62,584 nt of DNA from Chloroflexota bacterium (GTDB lineage: Bacteria; Chloroflexota; Dehalococcoidia; Lucifugimonadales; UBA3495). Positions 19,568 through 30,090 of this stretch are shown one piece after another. The stretch's first letter is position 1, and the number at the start of each line of letters is the position of its first letter. The position numbers and the translations under genes are program-made. The notes under the pieces were generated by a model. The model saw nothing but the letters and a program-made list of their open reading frames with translations. It did no database searches and was not told where the DNA came from. Where the stretch lies: positions 1 through 62,584 of the forward strand of contig JAQBVF010000022.1 of assembly GCA_027623675.1 (NCBI GenBank), given 5' to 3'.

Positions 19568-20681
19568 TCTGAGCCTGTATGCATGAGTTGTAGTAATCTT
19601 CCACTTTGCCGGCCACCACTTCCCACCGGTAGTCCTCGGCCGATTTTTTGCCCTGTCCACCCAGCTTTTGCCGCAGCTCAGGGTTGCTGGCCAGCCTGCC
19701 CAGCGCCTCGGCCAGTGCGTGGCTGTCCTTCTTGGGCACCAGCAGTCCCTGTTCGCCGTCGGTGATGATGCCCCGGTAGCCCTCGATGTCCGACGCCACG
19801 ACCGGTTTGCCCGACGCCATGGCCTCCAGCAGTACGATGCCAAAGCTCTCGGCGCCGGTGGCTGGTGAGCAGAAGATGTCGGCGGTGGCGTAGTAGCGCG
19901 GCAGGTCCTCGTAGGACGAGCGCCCCACGAACTCAACGTCCTTCAGGTTCTGGGAGCTGATGATGCTGTAGGACTCTTTGTCAGGGTTGCCCGGCCCGAC
20001 GACGATAAGTCTGATGTTGGGTATGTCCCATTTCAGCTCGCCATAGGCTTCCAACAGATACCGCAGCCCCTTCCGTTTCTCCAACCGGCCCACGAACAGG
20101 ATGTTGATCTTGCCATCTTGGTACTCGGGCAGCGGCGCAACGTCGCCGGAGAAGCGGTAGAAATCAATGCCGTTGGGGATGATCTCGTAGTCGCCGGGGA
20201 ATGTGTTGTTAACATAACGGCGGGCAGCCGGGGAGACGGCGATGCTGCCGTGGAGACGTTTCTGCCAGCGTTTGATTATGGGATGGGTCACGTTGTAGAG
20301 ACCCTGCCTGGCGTAGGAGGCGTGGAACGTGCCCACATTGACGGTGTGGGAGAATTCCAAGACGCAGAGGGGCAATATGGGCGCCATGGGCTCGTGCAGA
20401 TGGATGACGTCGAATTTCTCCCGTTCCAGCAACGCCCGGACCTTGGGATAGAGCCACCACGATAGGGAAACCCTGGCGATCGAGCCGCCGCTGGGCAGGG
20501 GCACCGACCGCCCCAATGGTACGAGCAGATCGGCGTCTTGGCATTCCCTGGAAGGCGAATGCGGCGCCAGCACCTGGACCTCATGTCCGGAGCGTCCAAG
20601 CGCCCTGGCCAATTGGGCGACATGGGCCGTGACCCCACCCGGCCAGGTGAAATCGTAGGGTGAAACCATGGCGATCTTCAT
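19539..20681 (-). CDS. GT4 glycosyltransferase, PimA-like phosphatidyl-myo-inositol mannosyltransferase
   Basis: MKIAMVSPY..PGGV..HV, GRSVPLPSGGSIAR, FDVIHLHEP, GTFH, ESFGIVLLEAMA closely parallel mycobacterial PimA. Confidence 0.82.
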   Translation of the reverse strand: MKIAMVSPYDFTWPGGVTAHVAQLARALGRSGHEVQVLAPHSPSRECQDADLLVPLGRSVPLPSGGSIARVSLSWWLYPKVRALLEREKFDVIHLHEPMAPILPLCVLEFSHTVNVGTFHASYARQGLYNVTHPIIKRWQKRLHGSIAVSPAARRYVNNTFPGDYEIIPNGIDFYRFSGDVAPLPEYQDGKINILFVGRLEKRKGLRYLLEAYGELKWDIPNIRLIVVGPGNPDKESYSIISSQNLKDVEFVGRSSYEDLPRYYATADIFCSPATGAESFGIVLLEAMASGKPVVASDIEGYRGIITDGEQGLLVPKKDSHALAEALGRLASNPELRQKLGGQGKKSAEDYRWEVVAGKVEDYYNSCIQAQNDATGTRTV

Positions 20682-20760
20682 GTTGCCAATGCGGGTGCTA
20701 TTCCGGGTGCCACTCCAGGTGTCACTCCTGCCCCCATCGCCGTCCGAACGGTCGAACCCT

Positions 20761-21900
20761 TTATGCTTCCTCGGTGCTGGTCGGTTCCACAGAGGTCTGT
20801 TTGGCGCTTTGCTTGGCGGTCGGCTTGACGGGTTGGTCGGCGATGAACGCCTCGACCATATCCCGGGCATGGTCGTCGGTGTACTGGAAGGGGGGCGATT
20901 TCATGTAATAAGCGCTGGGTCCCTCGATGGCGCCGCCCTGTCCACGGTCCAAAGCCAGCTTGGCGCAACGGACGGCATCCACCACCACGCCGGCCGAGTT
21001 GGGGCTGTCCCATACCTCAAGTTTGAGTTCCAAGTTGATTGGGGCGTCGCCAAAGACGCGGCCCTCCATGCGGATGTAGCACCATTTGCGGTCTTTCAGC
21101 CACGGCACGTGGTCGCTGGGGCCGATGTGTATCTGGTCCGCCTCTATGATCTCGTCCATCTGAGAGGTCACGGAGGTGGTCTTGGAGATCTTCTTGGAGG
21201 TGAGCCGTTCCCGTTCCAGCATGTTCAGGAAGTCGGTGTTGCCGCCAAAGTTCAACTGGTAGGTGTTATCCAGGGTGACACCCCGGTCTTCGAACAGGCG
21301 GGTGAGCACGCGGTGGGTGATGGTCGCGCCGAGTTGCGATTTGATGTCGTCGCCCACGATGGGCACGCCGCGCTCTTCAAAGCGGTTGCGCCAGTACTCT
21401 TCACGGGCCAGGAAAACGGGGATGCAGTTGACCATGCCGCAGCGGGCGTTGAGGATCTGCTCCACGTACCACTTGGTTGCCTGCTCGCTGCCCACCGGCA
21501 GGTAGTTGATGACCACATCGACCTCCCGCTCCTGCAGGATGCCGGTGATGTCGGCGGTGGAATGGGCCGATTTTTTCACGATGCCTTCAAGGTATCGGCC
21601 CACGCTGTCATGGGTCATGCCCCGTTCGACGATCACCCCGGTCTTGGGGACATCGGCGAATTTGAGTGTGTTGTTCGGTGGGGCAAAGATCGCCTCGGAG
21701 AGGTCTTTCCCAACCTTGTTCTCGTCGATATCAAATGCAGCGACAATCTCTATGTCTTCGATTCGGTATCCACCGATGCTGTTGTGCATGACCCCAGAGA
21801 CCTCGACGTCATCGGGCACCTCCACGTATTTGTGGACCCCCTGGACGAGCGACGAGGCACAGTTTCCCACGCCAATGATGGCAACCTTGATTTTCCCCAC
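20761..21900 (-). CDS. ino1: myo-inositol-1-phosphate synthase
   Basis: [51 protein letters not shown]. Confidence 0.96.
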   Translation of the reverse strand: MGKIKVAIIGVGNCASSLVQGVHKYVEVPDDVEVSGVMHNSIGGYRIEDIEIVAAFDIDENKVGKDLSEAIFAPPNNTLKFADVPKTGVIVERGMTHDSVGRYLEGIVKKSAHSTADITGILQEREVDVVINYLPVGSEQATKWYVEQILNARCGMVNCIPVFLAREEYWRNRFEERGVPIVGDDIKSQLGATITHRVLTRLFEDRGVTLDNTYQLNFGGNTDFLNMLERERLTSKKISKTTSVTSQMDEIIEADQIHIGPSDHVPWLKDRKWCYIRMEGRVFGDAPINLELKLEVWDSPNSAGVVVDAVRCAKLALDRGQGGAIEGPSAYYMKSPPFQYTDDHARDMVEAFIADQPVKPTAKQSAKQTSVEPTSTEEA

Positions 21901-22101
21901 GGATTTGGCTCCTTTTTCCCTTACCCTGCGTCGGTTTATTGACATAAACCGGGCTGCTGCATTTTAGCAATTAGCCTTGGCAGTCACAAGGGGCGGTGTT
22001 TCGGATTGCGACGGTTATCTTGACGAAACGGACAGCGAGGAGCCGCCCAAGTATCGATTCAACCACTTGCCGGTCTCGGATTGACCGGTTGCTTGCCTTT
22101 G

Positions 22102-22785
22102 TTAAAAGAACCGGATGATCCCTGTACGGTCATCATATCTGAATCGAACGCCCAATGTCTCAGGAACGCGGCCTTCTTGAAGGCGTTCTTGGATCGTTTG
22201 CTCGATCGTGGCGGCGGCCTCGTCCGGCGTGGCGGCGTTTCGGATTACGTTTGCCAGTTCCTCGATGGACATGTTGTCGGTGATGCCGTCGGTCGCCAGC
22301 AGCAGTTTGTCTCCTGCTGAGGGAGTGGCCTCCACCTGCGCCGGCTCGCCCAGGTTCTCGGATGCCCCGATGGCCCTGGCCACGCCCACGTGGAGGAACC
22401 CGCCGGCGTTTCCGGAGAGCCGTTGGTGGCCGTCTTTGTTTATCAGGAATACCGGGCTGTCCCCAGCGGTGATCACCTGGAGTTTGTCGCCCCGGCCCAA
22501 CACCGCGGAGACCGTAGTCAGCAGGAAGCGTCCCGACCCAACGCTGTAGAAGTCGGCGTTCATCTCGGTTAGCAGCTTGACCACGTCCTCGGCGTTGTTG
22601 AATTCCGCGGCGTCCAGGGCATCTCTCAATTCGGTGCTGGCCTGCTCCCCTCCGTGGCCGGTCACACCGTCCAGAACCACGTCCAAGAACTCGCCGTTCC
22701 CCAGGTCTTTGCTGAGGAAGCTGTCCTCGCCGTGGGCTGAATTGTCCTGCATTGTGATGAATGTGCTTGCCAGCATTGGCACCAA
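22102..22785 (-). CDS. PP2C/SpoIIE-type phosphatase
   Basis: GEDS, VLDGVTGHGG, AGDS, LLATDG, DDRT metal-binding motifs. Confidence 0.85.
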   Translation of the reverse strand: MVPMLASTFITMQDNSAHGEDSFLSKDLGNGEFLDVVLDGVTGHGGEQASTELRDALDAAEFNNAEDVVKLLTEMNADFYSVGSGRFLLTTVSAVLGRGDKLQVITAGDSPVFLINKDGHQRLSGNAGGFLHVGVARAIGASENLGEPAQVEATPSAGDKLLLATDGITDNMSIEELANVIRNAATPDEAAATIEQTIQERLQEGRVPETLGVRFRYDDRTGIIRFF

Positions 22786-22839
22786 ACCTCGGCTAATTTA
22801 TTTGATTATGCGAGCGGGCTAGTTGGGGAGGCATCGTGC

Positions 22840-23856
22840 CTAGTCCTCGTAACCAGCCATCTCAGATTCGGGATCGAACAGGAATCCACGCCAATAGTCT
22901 TCGTGCAGCCAGCGGGAGGCGTCCAGCCAAGACTGGCGGGCTTCGGCGGCATCGGCCAGCGCCGAGTTCCGTTCCGCGGTCCGGTCCAGGTAAGCTGTAA
23001 GGTCGGTCCGGAAATCGCCGTAGCTGGCGTATGACCGGCCTCGGATCTTGTCTAGGACCACCGTCCCAGCCGCCACAACCGGCGGCGGGCACTCAGTCAT
23101 GTCCCTGGCCATCTCGTCCAATTCCTGCCCGATGTTAATTATGGGCCGGATGCCCCGTGGGTCACGATAACCCTTAGGGTCGGCGGGTGGGGCCACCGGT
23201 GTTGTGTAGAACTTGAGTATCTCCAAACAGGCGTCGTTGATGTCGAAAGGAGGCCGGCCCCGGGGCGCTTCGTCGTCCAACCTGGCCACGGCCCCCGTGT
23301 CAATCATCACCATCCGCCCATTGCCCGGTTGGTAGAAGATGTTCTGAGGCCGCAGGTCTAGGATGACGTAGCCCGATTGCAAGTAGGCCTCTTCCAGGTC
23401 CAGCAGTTGGTTGTGGACCGGGTGGGCCGGGATACAGGCAGGCCGGACCAGGGGAAACAGGGCGAACAGGTTCTGCCCGGCCCCGATGGGCACGCCTTTG
23501 AATTTGGACATCATGTCGCCCAACAGGGGTATGCCCTTGGCCCTTTCCTCGACGATGACCTGGTATTCCTTGCCCAGTTCGTCGCCAAAGAAACCGTCGT
23601 GGACCGCTCGTTCGGTGTAACCCAAGATCGGCGATACCAGGGGCGTGGAGATGCCGACGTCCTGGTACGCTTGGAGGACCTTTTCGGTGCGGGCTTCGAT
23701 GGCTTCGTGCTGGTTCCGGCTGATGGCTTGGGGCACCGGACGTTTGATGGCCACCTGATGGCCGGTTTCCCGGTCTACAGCCGCCCTCACCTCGTAATCG
23801 GCGCCGACGCCAAGTCTCCCGGTGATCTCGTACCGGTCTAGGTCAACCTTCTCCAA
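22840..23856 (-). CDS. Atypical Hanks-type protein kinase-like protein
   Basis: YEITGRLGVG Gly-loop, VAIK lysine, ILDLRPQN catalytic loop, IDTG in the DFG position; TTG start with GGAG RBS (start inferred). Confidence 0.7.
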   Translation of the reverse strand: MEKVDLDRYEITGRLGVGADYEVRAAVDRETGHQVAIKRPVPQAISRNQHEAIEARTEKVLQAYQDVGISTPLVSPILGYTERAVHDGFFGDELGKEYQVIVEERAKGIPLLGDMMSKFKGVPIGAGQNLFALFPLVRPACIPAHPVHNQLLDLEEAYLQSGYVILDLRPQNIFYQPGNGRMVMIDTGAVARLDDEAPRGRPPFDINDACLEILKFYTTPVAPPADPKGYRDPRGIRPIINIGQELDEMARDMTECPPPVVAAGTVVLDKIRGRSYASYGDFRTDLTAYLDRTAERNSALADAAEARQSWLDASRWLHEDYWRGFLFDPESEMAGYED

Positions 23857-24086
23857 AGATGCCGCTCCAATTGAATATAAGGCTTGGGAATCAACCGGGA
23901 GAATTCCGGGCCGGAACACCTTCGGAAAAGCCTGACGAATCCCGGCGTTTTGAGTCCAAATCGCCTGCCTAGTGACCGATTGGATGGTACGCCCTGCCCT
24001 GGGAAAATGCAATACAGGTCTGAGCCTGATATCGTGCCTGAGGCCGGGCGGTAGACCTTGGCCGAAGCCGGTCCGCCCAGGGGCGG

Positions 24087-24971
24087 TTATTCGGGAGTGG
24101 GGACCGGGTTGACGGGCGCCCGGTAGAGAAGGGTGACCCATTCCTCTTGGGGCCACTCGCTGACCAACGTGAATCCAAGCGGTTCCACCGCGTTCGCGAC
24201 CTCGTCCTTCTGGATGATGAGCAGCCCGGACGCGATGAACAATGCTCCCGGCTTCAACGCCGCGAGGATGAAGGAACAACGGTCGGCCACGCCCCGGGCC
24301 GAGATATTGGCCACGGCCAGGTCGAACTCTTCAGGACCGGCAGTGGGATGGGGCACCGACCCCTGGCCCAGCTTGACCTGCTTGGTGATGCCGCACCGCC
24401 GGAAGTTTCGCCGGGCGGCGGTCACGGCCTGGGAATCGATGTCCAGCGCGGTTACCTGGCTGGCCCCCAGCTTCATGGCCGCGATCGTCAGTATGCCGGA
24501 GCCGGTGCCCAGGTCGAGCACGGTCATGCCGGGTGTGACGTGCTGCTCCATGGCCTGGAGGCAGGTGTCGGTGGTGGGGTGATACCCGGTGCCGAAAGCC
24601 AGACCGGGGTCAAGCTCGATCACGATGTCGTCGGGCCCTGGCTCAAGCTCCAGCCAGGTTGGCTTGATGACCAGGCGCTTGCCGATGCGCAGAATCTTGA
24701 AATGAGACTTCCATGAGTTCTGCCAGTCTTCGTCTTCCGGCAGGTCCCGTACCTGCAACTCGCCGATGGGTTCCACGGCCGCCACCAGCCTCACTCCAAC
24801 ATCGATACGGGCCATTCGCTGGCGTGAGCCGGTTGTGATGTAGGTGCGTAGGAGCACCTTTCCTTTGCCGTCCAACTCGGTGCTGAGTCCCCTTCCGTAG
24901 CGGCTGAACAGGTAGGAGATGGGTTCCACGTACTCATGGGGTACGGTGATGCTTAATTCTTGCCAGGCCAC
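24087..24971 (-). CDS. prmA: Ribosomal protein L11 methyltransferase
   Basis: EEDW, LDPGLAFGTGYHPTT, VLDLGTGSGIL, VANI; follows dnaJ. Confidence 0.95.
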   Translation of the reverse strand: MAWQELSITVPHEYVEPISYLFSRYGRGLSTELDGKGKVLLRTYITTGSRQRMARIDVGVRLVAAVEPIGELQVRDLPEDEDWQNSWKSHFKILRIGKRLVIKPTWLELEPGPDDIVIELDPGLAFGTGYHPTTDTCLQAMEQHVTPGMTVLDLGTGSGILTIAAMKLGASQVTALDIDSQAVTAARRNFRRCGITKQVKLGQGSVPHPTAGPEEFDLAVANISARGVADRCSFILAALKPGALFIASGLLIIQKDEVANAVEPLGFTLVSEWPQEEWVTLLYRAPVNPVPTPE

Positions 24972-25019
24972 TGGCCCTCCACTCGCTGGAATTTCGTGAT
25001 GCTTGACCGGTTAAAAAGT

Positions 25020-25058
25020 AAAAAGACCCGTAGGACCGGCGGTCCCAGGGTCTTTGTT
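25020..25058 (-). terminator. Hairpin terminator/attenuator after dnaJ
   Basis: AAAAAGACCC...GGACC-GGC-GGTCC..GGGTCTTT inverted repeat. Confidence 0.5.
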
Positions 25059-25087
25059 TATGTCTTAGACCATTAACTGCGCCAGAG

Positions 25088-26215
25088 TCAACCTAGCACT
25101 TCTTTTATCTTGCCGAAGATACCCTTGTCGGCGCCGTCCCCGTTCCCGTTCTTGGACCCGTTGAACGACCCAGCAAGCTCTTCGAGCAGTTCTCTCTGGC
25201 GGTCGTCTAGGGAGCCGGGGACTCTTACATCCACCGTTACCAGCAGGTCACCCCTGCGGCTGCCGTGCAGATGGGGCACACCCTTGCCCTTGATCCGAAA
25301 CTCGGTCCCGGGCTGGGTGCCTTGGGGCAGCTCCAGTTCCTCGTCTTTGCCGTCCAGGGTTGGTATGGATTTGTTGGCGCCCAAAGCCGCCTCGGCGATG
25401 TTGACCGGAAGATCGTAAAGTATGTCTGAGCCATCCCGCTCGAAGAACTGGTGCTCTTGAACGTCGATGAACACGTATAGATTGCCCGTGCCGCCGCCCT
25501 CGCTGCCGGCATCGCCCTCGCCGGTTAGCCGCACCTGCATACCGGCTTCAACCCCGGCCGGGATGGTAACGGCAATCTTGCGGGATTTTCGTTCCTTGCC
25601 ACCGCCGCGGCAGTTGGAGCAGGGGGTCTTGATTATCGTGCCTAGTCCGCGGCAACTGTTGCAGGCGGTTACCTGAGTGAACTGGCCGAACACGCTGCGT
25701 TGGGCACGCCGCACTTGGCCGTTGCCCTTGCAGGTGCTGCAGGTTTCCAAAGATGTGCCCGGCTCATTGCCGGCGCCGGAGCAGACACCACAGTCTTCCA
25801 GGCGGGTGATTTCTACCTCGCGCTCCGCCCCGAAGATGGATTCTTCAAAACTCAGGACTACACGCTGCTGGAGATCGCTGCCGCGCTGGGCCTGGCGGGC
25901 GCCGCGGCCGGCGCCGTCCCCGAAGAACGAGTCGAAGATATCGCCGAACCCTCCGAAAACATCGAACCCATCGAAGGGTTGGTCCGCCCTTCCTCCGGCG
26001 CCAACTTTCCCGAATTGGTCGTACTGCGCCCGCTTGTTGGGGTCGGAGAGGACTTGATAAGCCTCGTTTATCTCCTTGAATTTATCTTCGGCGCCGGCGC
26101 TCTTGTTGCGGTCGGGGTGGAACTCCATGGCCTTCTTGCGGAAAGCCCTGCGGATGTCCTCTTCTCCGACGCCCTTGCTGACGCCTAGGATGTCGTAGTA
26201 GTCGTTGTTAGCCAT
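25088..26215 (-). CDS. dnaJ: Chaperone DnaJ
   Basis: J-domain HPD, G/F region, four CxxCxGxG zinc repeats. Confidence 0.97.
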   Translation of the reverse strand: MANNDYYDILGVSKGVGEEDIRRAFRKKAMEFHPDRNKSAGAEDKFKEINEAYQVLSDPNKRAQYDQFGKVGAGGRADQPFDGFDVFGGFGDIFDSFFGDGAGRGARQAQRGSDLQQRVVLSFEESIFGAEREVEITRLEDCGVCSGAGNEPGTSLETCSTCKGNGQVRRAQRSVFGQFTQVTACNSCRGLGTIIKTPCSNCRGGGKERKSRKIAVTIPAGVEAGMQVRLTGEGDAGSEGGGTGNLYVFIDVQEHQFFERDGSDILYDLPVNIAEAALGANKSIPTLDGKDEELELPQGTQPGTEFRIKGKGVPHLHGSRRGDLLVTVDVRVPGSLDDRQRELLEELAGSFNGSKNGNGDGADKGIFGKIKEVLG

Positions 26216-26477
26216 CTATGAACACCTATCGTGTTCTAATCTCCAAGCTCGATTCAGATTCCAAGCCGCCAGGAAAAATCTGTTCTGAAGCGATTGGGAA
26301 TCGGATATCAAACCATTATAGGGCAGGCCATGTGACCGCTCAATAGCAAAGACGCCTGTGGCTGGCGTGGTTGCGTGTGACGGACCGGTCCTAAAACCGC
26401 CTGGCCAGGCGTGTCCGGTCTCGGAAATGTCCTGTCGAATCGGTTAGATAATTAGTATCGGAATCGTTGATTCCACC

Positions 26478-26506
26478 TTGACACCCTTTAGGCATCTGGG
26501 TAGGAT
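26478..26506 (+). promoter_or_regulatory. Sigma70-type promoter of rny
   Basis: TTGACA-17 nt-TAGGAT. Confidence 0.6.
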
Positions 26507-26559
26507 GGTATTTAGGAGCAAAAGCTCCTTTTTTAGGCACACTAGGCGGAAAGGAATAG

Positions 26560-28095
26560 GTGATCCCAGTGGAGATTATCCTCGTGATCCTAGCCGTCCT
26601 GGCGGCCGCAGCGATTGGTGTTGCCATATGGTTCGCTCTCAAGTCTAAGAACGAAGCCGCGCAGGCTCAATCTGCCGGAGAGAGCGCCAAGGGTATTATC
26701 ACCCAGGCTGAAGAGGATAGCAGAAAAGTCCTCTTGGCGGCCCAGGAAGAGGCTTTAAAACTACGTAACGCAACTGAATCAGATCTAAAGGAACAACGCC
26801 AGGAAGTCCAACGCATGGAGAACAGACATCTCCAGAGGGAAGAACAACTGGAACGGAAGGTCCAAGCTCAAGAAGAGAAGCAACTCGAACTAGCTGCACA
26901 GGAGAAGGAGGTAGAGCAGGCCCGGCGGGAAGCAGAAGAACTCAAGGCGGAACAATCGCGAGCCTTGGAACAGATCGCTGGGTTGAGCGTGGATGAGGCC
27001 CGTGACCAGGTTGTCAGGCGCGGCGAGGACCAGGCCAAGCACGAATTGGCCAAGCGGTACTACGAACTGGAGAAAGAATACAAAGAAAAGGCCAACGAGA
27101 ACGCCCGCAAGATAATCACGGTCGCGATCAACCGTCTCGCAACCGACGTAGTTTCGGAAGTGACCACTTCTACCGTGTCACTGCCCAACGATGAGATGAA
27201 GGGCCGTCTCATCGGCCGGGAAGGACGTAACATTCGCACTCTGGAAGCCCTCACAGGGGTGGACGTCATAATCGACGATACTCCCGAGGCTGTGACCGTT
27301 TCCTGTTTCGACCCGGTCAGGCGTGAGGTAGCGCGCCTTGCCCTGGAGAAATTGGTCTCAGACGGCCGGATCCAGCCCGCCCGTATCGAAGATATGGTCA
27401 ACCGGGCCCAGGAAGAGATCAATACGACGATCATGAAGGCGGGCGAACAGGCCACCTTCGACGCCGGCGTGAGCGGTCTGGACTCGGAGTTGATCCGGTT
27501 ACTCGGCCAGCTCAAGTACCGGTACAGCTACGGGGAAAACGTGCTGAAACATTCCATCGAGGTCTCACTGCTCTCCGGCATGCTGGCTGCTGAAGCCGGC
27601 GCCAATGTGCAGGTTGCCAAGATAGGCGGTCTGTTGCACGACATCGGCAAAGCGGTCACCCACGAGGTGTCCGGCCCCCACGCCGAGATCGGCGCCGAGA
27701 TTGCCCGGAAGCATGGCATCAACCATAGCTCCTACCGGGGTATCTTGGAGCACCACAGCGACGACCACGAGACCATCGAGTCGTTCTTGGTGGCCACTGC
27801 CGACGCCATCAGCGCATCCAGGCCGGGCGCCCGCAGAGAGTCACTGGAGCTGTATGTGAAGCGGCTCAAGGACCTCGAAGAGGTCGCCACCAGCTTCAGC
27901 GGCGTGGAACGGGCCTTCGCCATCCAGGCGGGACGCGAGGTCCGGGTCATGGTTAAGCCGGACGACTTGGACGACATCAAATCCGCCACGCTGGCCCGCG
28001 ACATAGCCAAGAAGGTGGAGGAAGACCTGGTCTTCCCCGGTCAGATCAAAGTGACCGTGATTCGGGAGACCCGGAACGTGGAATACGCCAAATAA
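26560..28095 (+). CDS. rny: Ribonuclease Y
   Basis: N-terminal TM anchor, coiled coil, KH domain ([13 protein letters not shown]), HD domain (LLHDIGK), [14 protein letters not shown]. Confidence 0.97.
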   Translation: MIPVEIILVILAVLAAAAIGVAIWFALKSKNEAAQAQSAGESAKGIITQAEEDSRKVLLAAQEEALKLRNATESDLKEQRQEVQRMENRHLQREEQLERKVQAQEEKQLELAAQEKEVEQARREAEELKAEQSRALEQIAGLSVDEARDQVVRRGEDQAKHELAKRYYELEKEYKEKANENARKIITVAINRLATDVVSEVTTSTVSLPNDEMKGRLIGREGRNIRTLEALTGVDVIIDDTPEAVTVSCFDPVRREVARLALEKLVSDGRIQPARIEDMVNRAQEEINTTIMKAGEQATFDAGVSGLDSELIRLLGQLKYRYSYGENVLKHSIEVSLLSGMLAAEAGANVQVAKIGGLLHDIGKAVTHEVSGPHAEIGAEIARKHGINHSSYRGILEHHSDDHETIESFLVATADAISASRPGARRESLELYVKRLKDLEEVATSFSGVERAFAIQAGREVRVMVKPDDLDDIKSATLARDIAKKVEEDLVFPGQIKVTVIRETRNVEYAK

Positions 28096-28129
28096 CGGCA
28101 GTTTCCAGCAAGAAATAGGCAGGTGTTTT

Positions 28130-28170
28130 GGGACCCAGGAGCGGGGCAAGCCGGCTGCTGGGTCCCTTTT
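28130..28170 (+). terminator. Intrinsic terminator after rny
   Basis: GGGACCCAG ... CTGGGTCCC followed by a T-run. Confidence 0.6.
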
Positions 28171-28273
28171 TAGTCAACGGGGTGGGGGTGATTACTCCCC
28201 GGCGAGTGGTGGGCGCCTTTAACCCAGGCGTGGATCAGCCCTCGGTGTTTATCAAACCAAGGAGAACCGGTAT

Positions 28274-29044
28274 TTGCGTATACTGATGATTGGCGACGTG
28301 ATCGGAAAACCGGGCCGGGAGACGGTCCGCGCCATTCTGCCCGATCTGAAGCGCGAAAAATCCATCGATGTCGTGATCTGTAACGGTGAGAACACGGCCG
28401 GCGGGTTCGGCATCACCGTCGACACGGCGGGAGAGCTTCTGGAAAGCGGAGTGGACGTGCTCACTTCGGGCAATCACATCTGGGACAAGAAAGAGATCAT
28501 TCCCCACATGGAAGACGGTCTTCCGCTGATCCGCCCGGCCAACTACCCCGACGCACCGGGCCGTGGCTACATCCATTACGGCGGCGTAACGGTGATCAAC
28601 CTGATGGGCCGGGTATTCATGGGCTCGATCGACTGCCCATTCCGGGCTGCCGACGCCCTTCTGGAACAACTCGAGCAACAGGGCGGGAGCAAGGTCATAA
28701 TCGTGGATTTCCATGCGGAAGCAACGTCGGAGAAACAGGCCTTGGGCTGGTATCTGGATGGCCGGGTCAGCGGGGTTTTCGGGACCCATACCCACGTGGG
28801 GACCGTGGACGCCAAGATACTCACCAAGGGAACGGCCTACTTGACCGACGTTGGCATGACCGGCCCCATGAACTCTGTGATAGGCTCAGACAAAGACGCC
28901 GTGTTGGAGCGTTTCCTCACCTCCATGCCCAACCGGCTCCCGGTCGCTACCGGGCCCTGCGTGTTGAACTCGGTCTTGGTGGACGTGGACGAAGATACAG
29001 GCAACGCCTTGCTGGTGGAACGGATAGACAGGACGGTGAATTAG
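28274..29044 (+). CDS. ymdB: YmdB/TIGR00282 metallophosphoesterase
   Basis: GDVIGKPGR, NGEN, TSGNH, DFHAEATSEK, GTHTHV, TDVGMTG; typical position after rny. Confidence 0.93.
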   Translation: MRILMIGDVIGKPGRETVRAILPDLKREKSIDVVICNGENTAGGFGITVDTAGELLESGVDVLTSGNHIWDKKEIIPHMEDGLPLIRPANYPDAPGRGYIHYGGVTVINLMGRVFMGSIDCPFRAADALLEQLEQQGGSKVIIVDFHAEATSEKQALGWYLDGRVSGVFGTHTHVGTVDAKILTKGTAYLTDVGMTGPMNSVIGSDKDAVLERFLTSMPNRLPVATGPCVLNSVLVDVDEDTGNALLVERIDRTVN

Positions 29045-29091
29045 CCTGGCTGCCATGATTAAATATCTGAAATACGGGACGGTAAATTAGC

Positions 29092-29949
29092 TTGGCCGCG
29101 ACTATAGACCTACACCTGCACACCCTGGCGTCGGATGGCCGTCTGACCCCCACCGAACTGATTCAACTGGTCGCCAAAGAAGGGCTGAAGACCATCTCCA
29201 TCACCGACCACGATAGCACGGAAGGGCTGGCCGAAGCCTACGAGGCGGCCAAGGAATTCCCCGACCTGCGGATAATCCCAGGCATCGAGATGAGCGCCGA
29301 TATACCCGGCGATGAAGTGCATGTGTTGGGCTATTTCTTGGATTACCATGACCGGGAATTCCAGGCGCAGCTAACGGAGTTCCGCCGTGGGCGCGTTGAC
29401 CGGGCGCAGATGATGGTCGAGAAACTGGACTCCCTGGGTGTCCATGTCGAGTGGGGGCGGGTCCAGCATTTCGCCGGCGACGGTACTGTTGGGCGGCCCC
29501 ATATCGCCCTGGCCATGGTGGAGGCGGGCTACTGCAAAGAACCCAAGGACGCTTTCGACGAGTACCTGGGCCGGAATGGACTGGCTTATGCCGAGCGTCC
29601 CAAGATGACCCCAGCCCAGGGCGTTGAGATGATCAAGAAGGTCGGCGGCGTGCCTGTTTTGGCCCACCCGACCTTCATGAACGATATGGAGGCTGGAATC
29701 TCCAATCTGAAGCAGGCCGGCCTGCTGGGCATGGAGGTCTATTACGCCCAATATGACGATGACACGGTGCGTCATCTGGCGCGGTTGGCCAGAGAGTACG
29801 ACCTGATCCCCTGCGGCGGCAGCGACTATCACGGACTGGGCAACTCTGGAGAACCGCTGCCCGGCACCCTGGGCCCGCCGGAGGAGACCATCCAACTCCT
29901 GGAAGCCGCCGCGGAGAAGGTCAAGTTAGAAATAGCCCAACACGGCTAG
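29092..29949 (+). CDS. PHP-domain phosphoesterase (YciV/TrpH-like)
   Basis: DLHLHT..SDG, ITDHD, GRPHIA, LAHP, GGSDYHG. Confidence 0.92.
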   Translation: MAATIDLHLHTLASDGRLTPTELIQLVAKEGLKTISITDHDSTEGLAEAYEAAKEFPDLRIIPGIEMSADIPGDEVHVLGYFLDYHDREFQAQLTEFRRGRVDRAQMMVEKLDSLGVHVEWGRVQHFAGDGTVGRPHIALAMVEAGYCKEPKDAFDEYLGRNGLAYAERPKMTPAQGVEMIKKVGGVPVLAHPTFMNDMEAGISNLKQAGLLGMEVYYAQYDDDTVRHLARLAREYDLIPCGGSDYHGLGNSGEPLPGTLGPPEETIQLLEAAAEKVKLEIAQHG

Positions 29950-29985
29950 GTTCATTGGATACCAATAAGTAGCACCCGGAAATGC

Positions 29986-30089
29986 GCCAGAAGACATAGC
30001 CAGAAGACATAGCCAGAAGACATAGCCAGAAGACTTAGCCAGAAGACTTAGCCAGAAGACTTAGCCAGAAGACTTAGCCAGAAGACTTA
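29986..30089. repeat. 13-bp tandem repeat x8 (VNTR)
   Basis: 3x GCCAGAAGACATA then 5x GCCAGAAGACTTA, ending 1 nt before the ATG at 30091. Confidence 0.97.
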
Positions 30090-30090
30090 G

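Noticed and set aside
19539..20681. MshA (mycothiol) assignment for the GT4
   Set aside because: Motifs and adjacency to a CDP-alcohol phosphatidyltransferase fit PimA better; it is not fully excluded without a phylogeny.
20668..21942. Long antisense/shadow ORFs (also 9806-10801, 12481-13491, 48690-49547, 54517-55665, 60567-61460)
   Set aside because: They mirror well-supported genes on the opposite strand, as expected from GC-rich codon bias, and show no motifs.
29986..30089. Possible CRISPR array
   Set aside because: Contiguous 13-bp units with no spacers and no cas genes.
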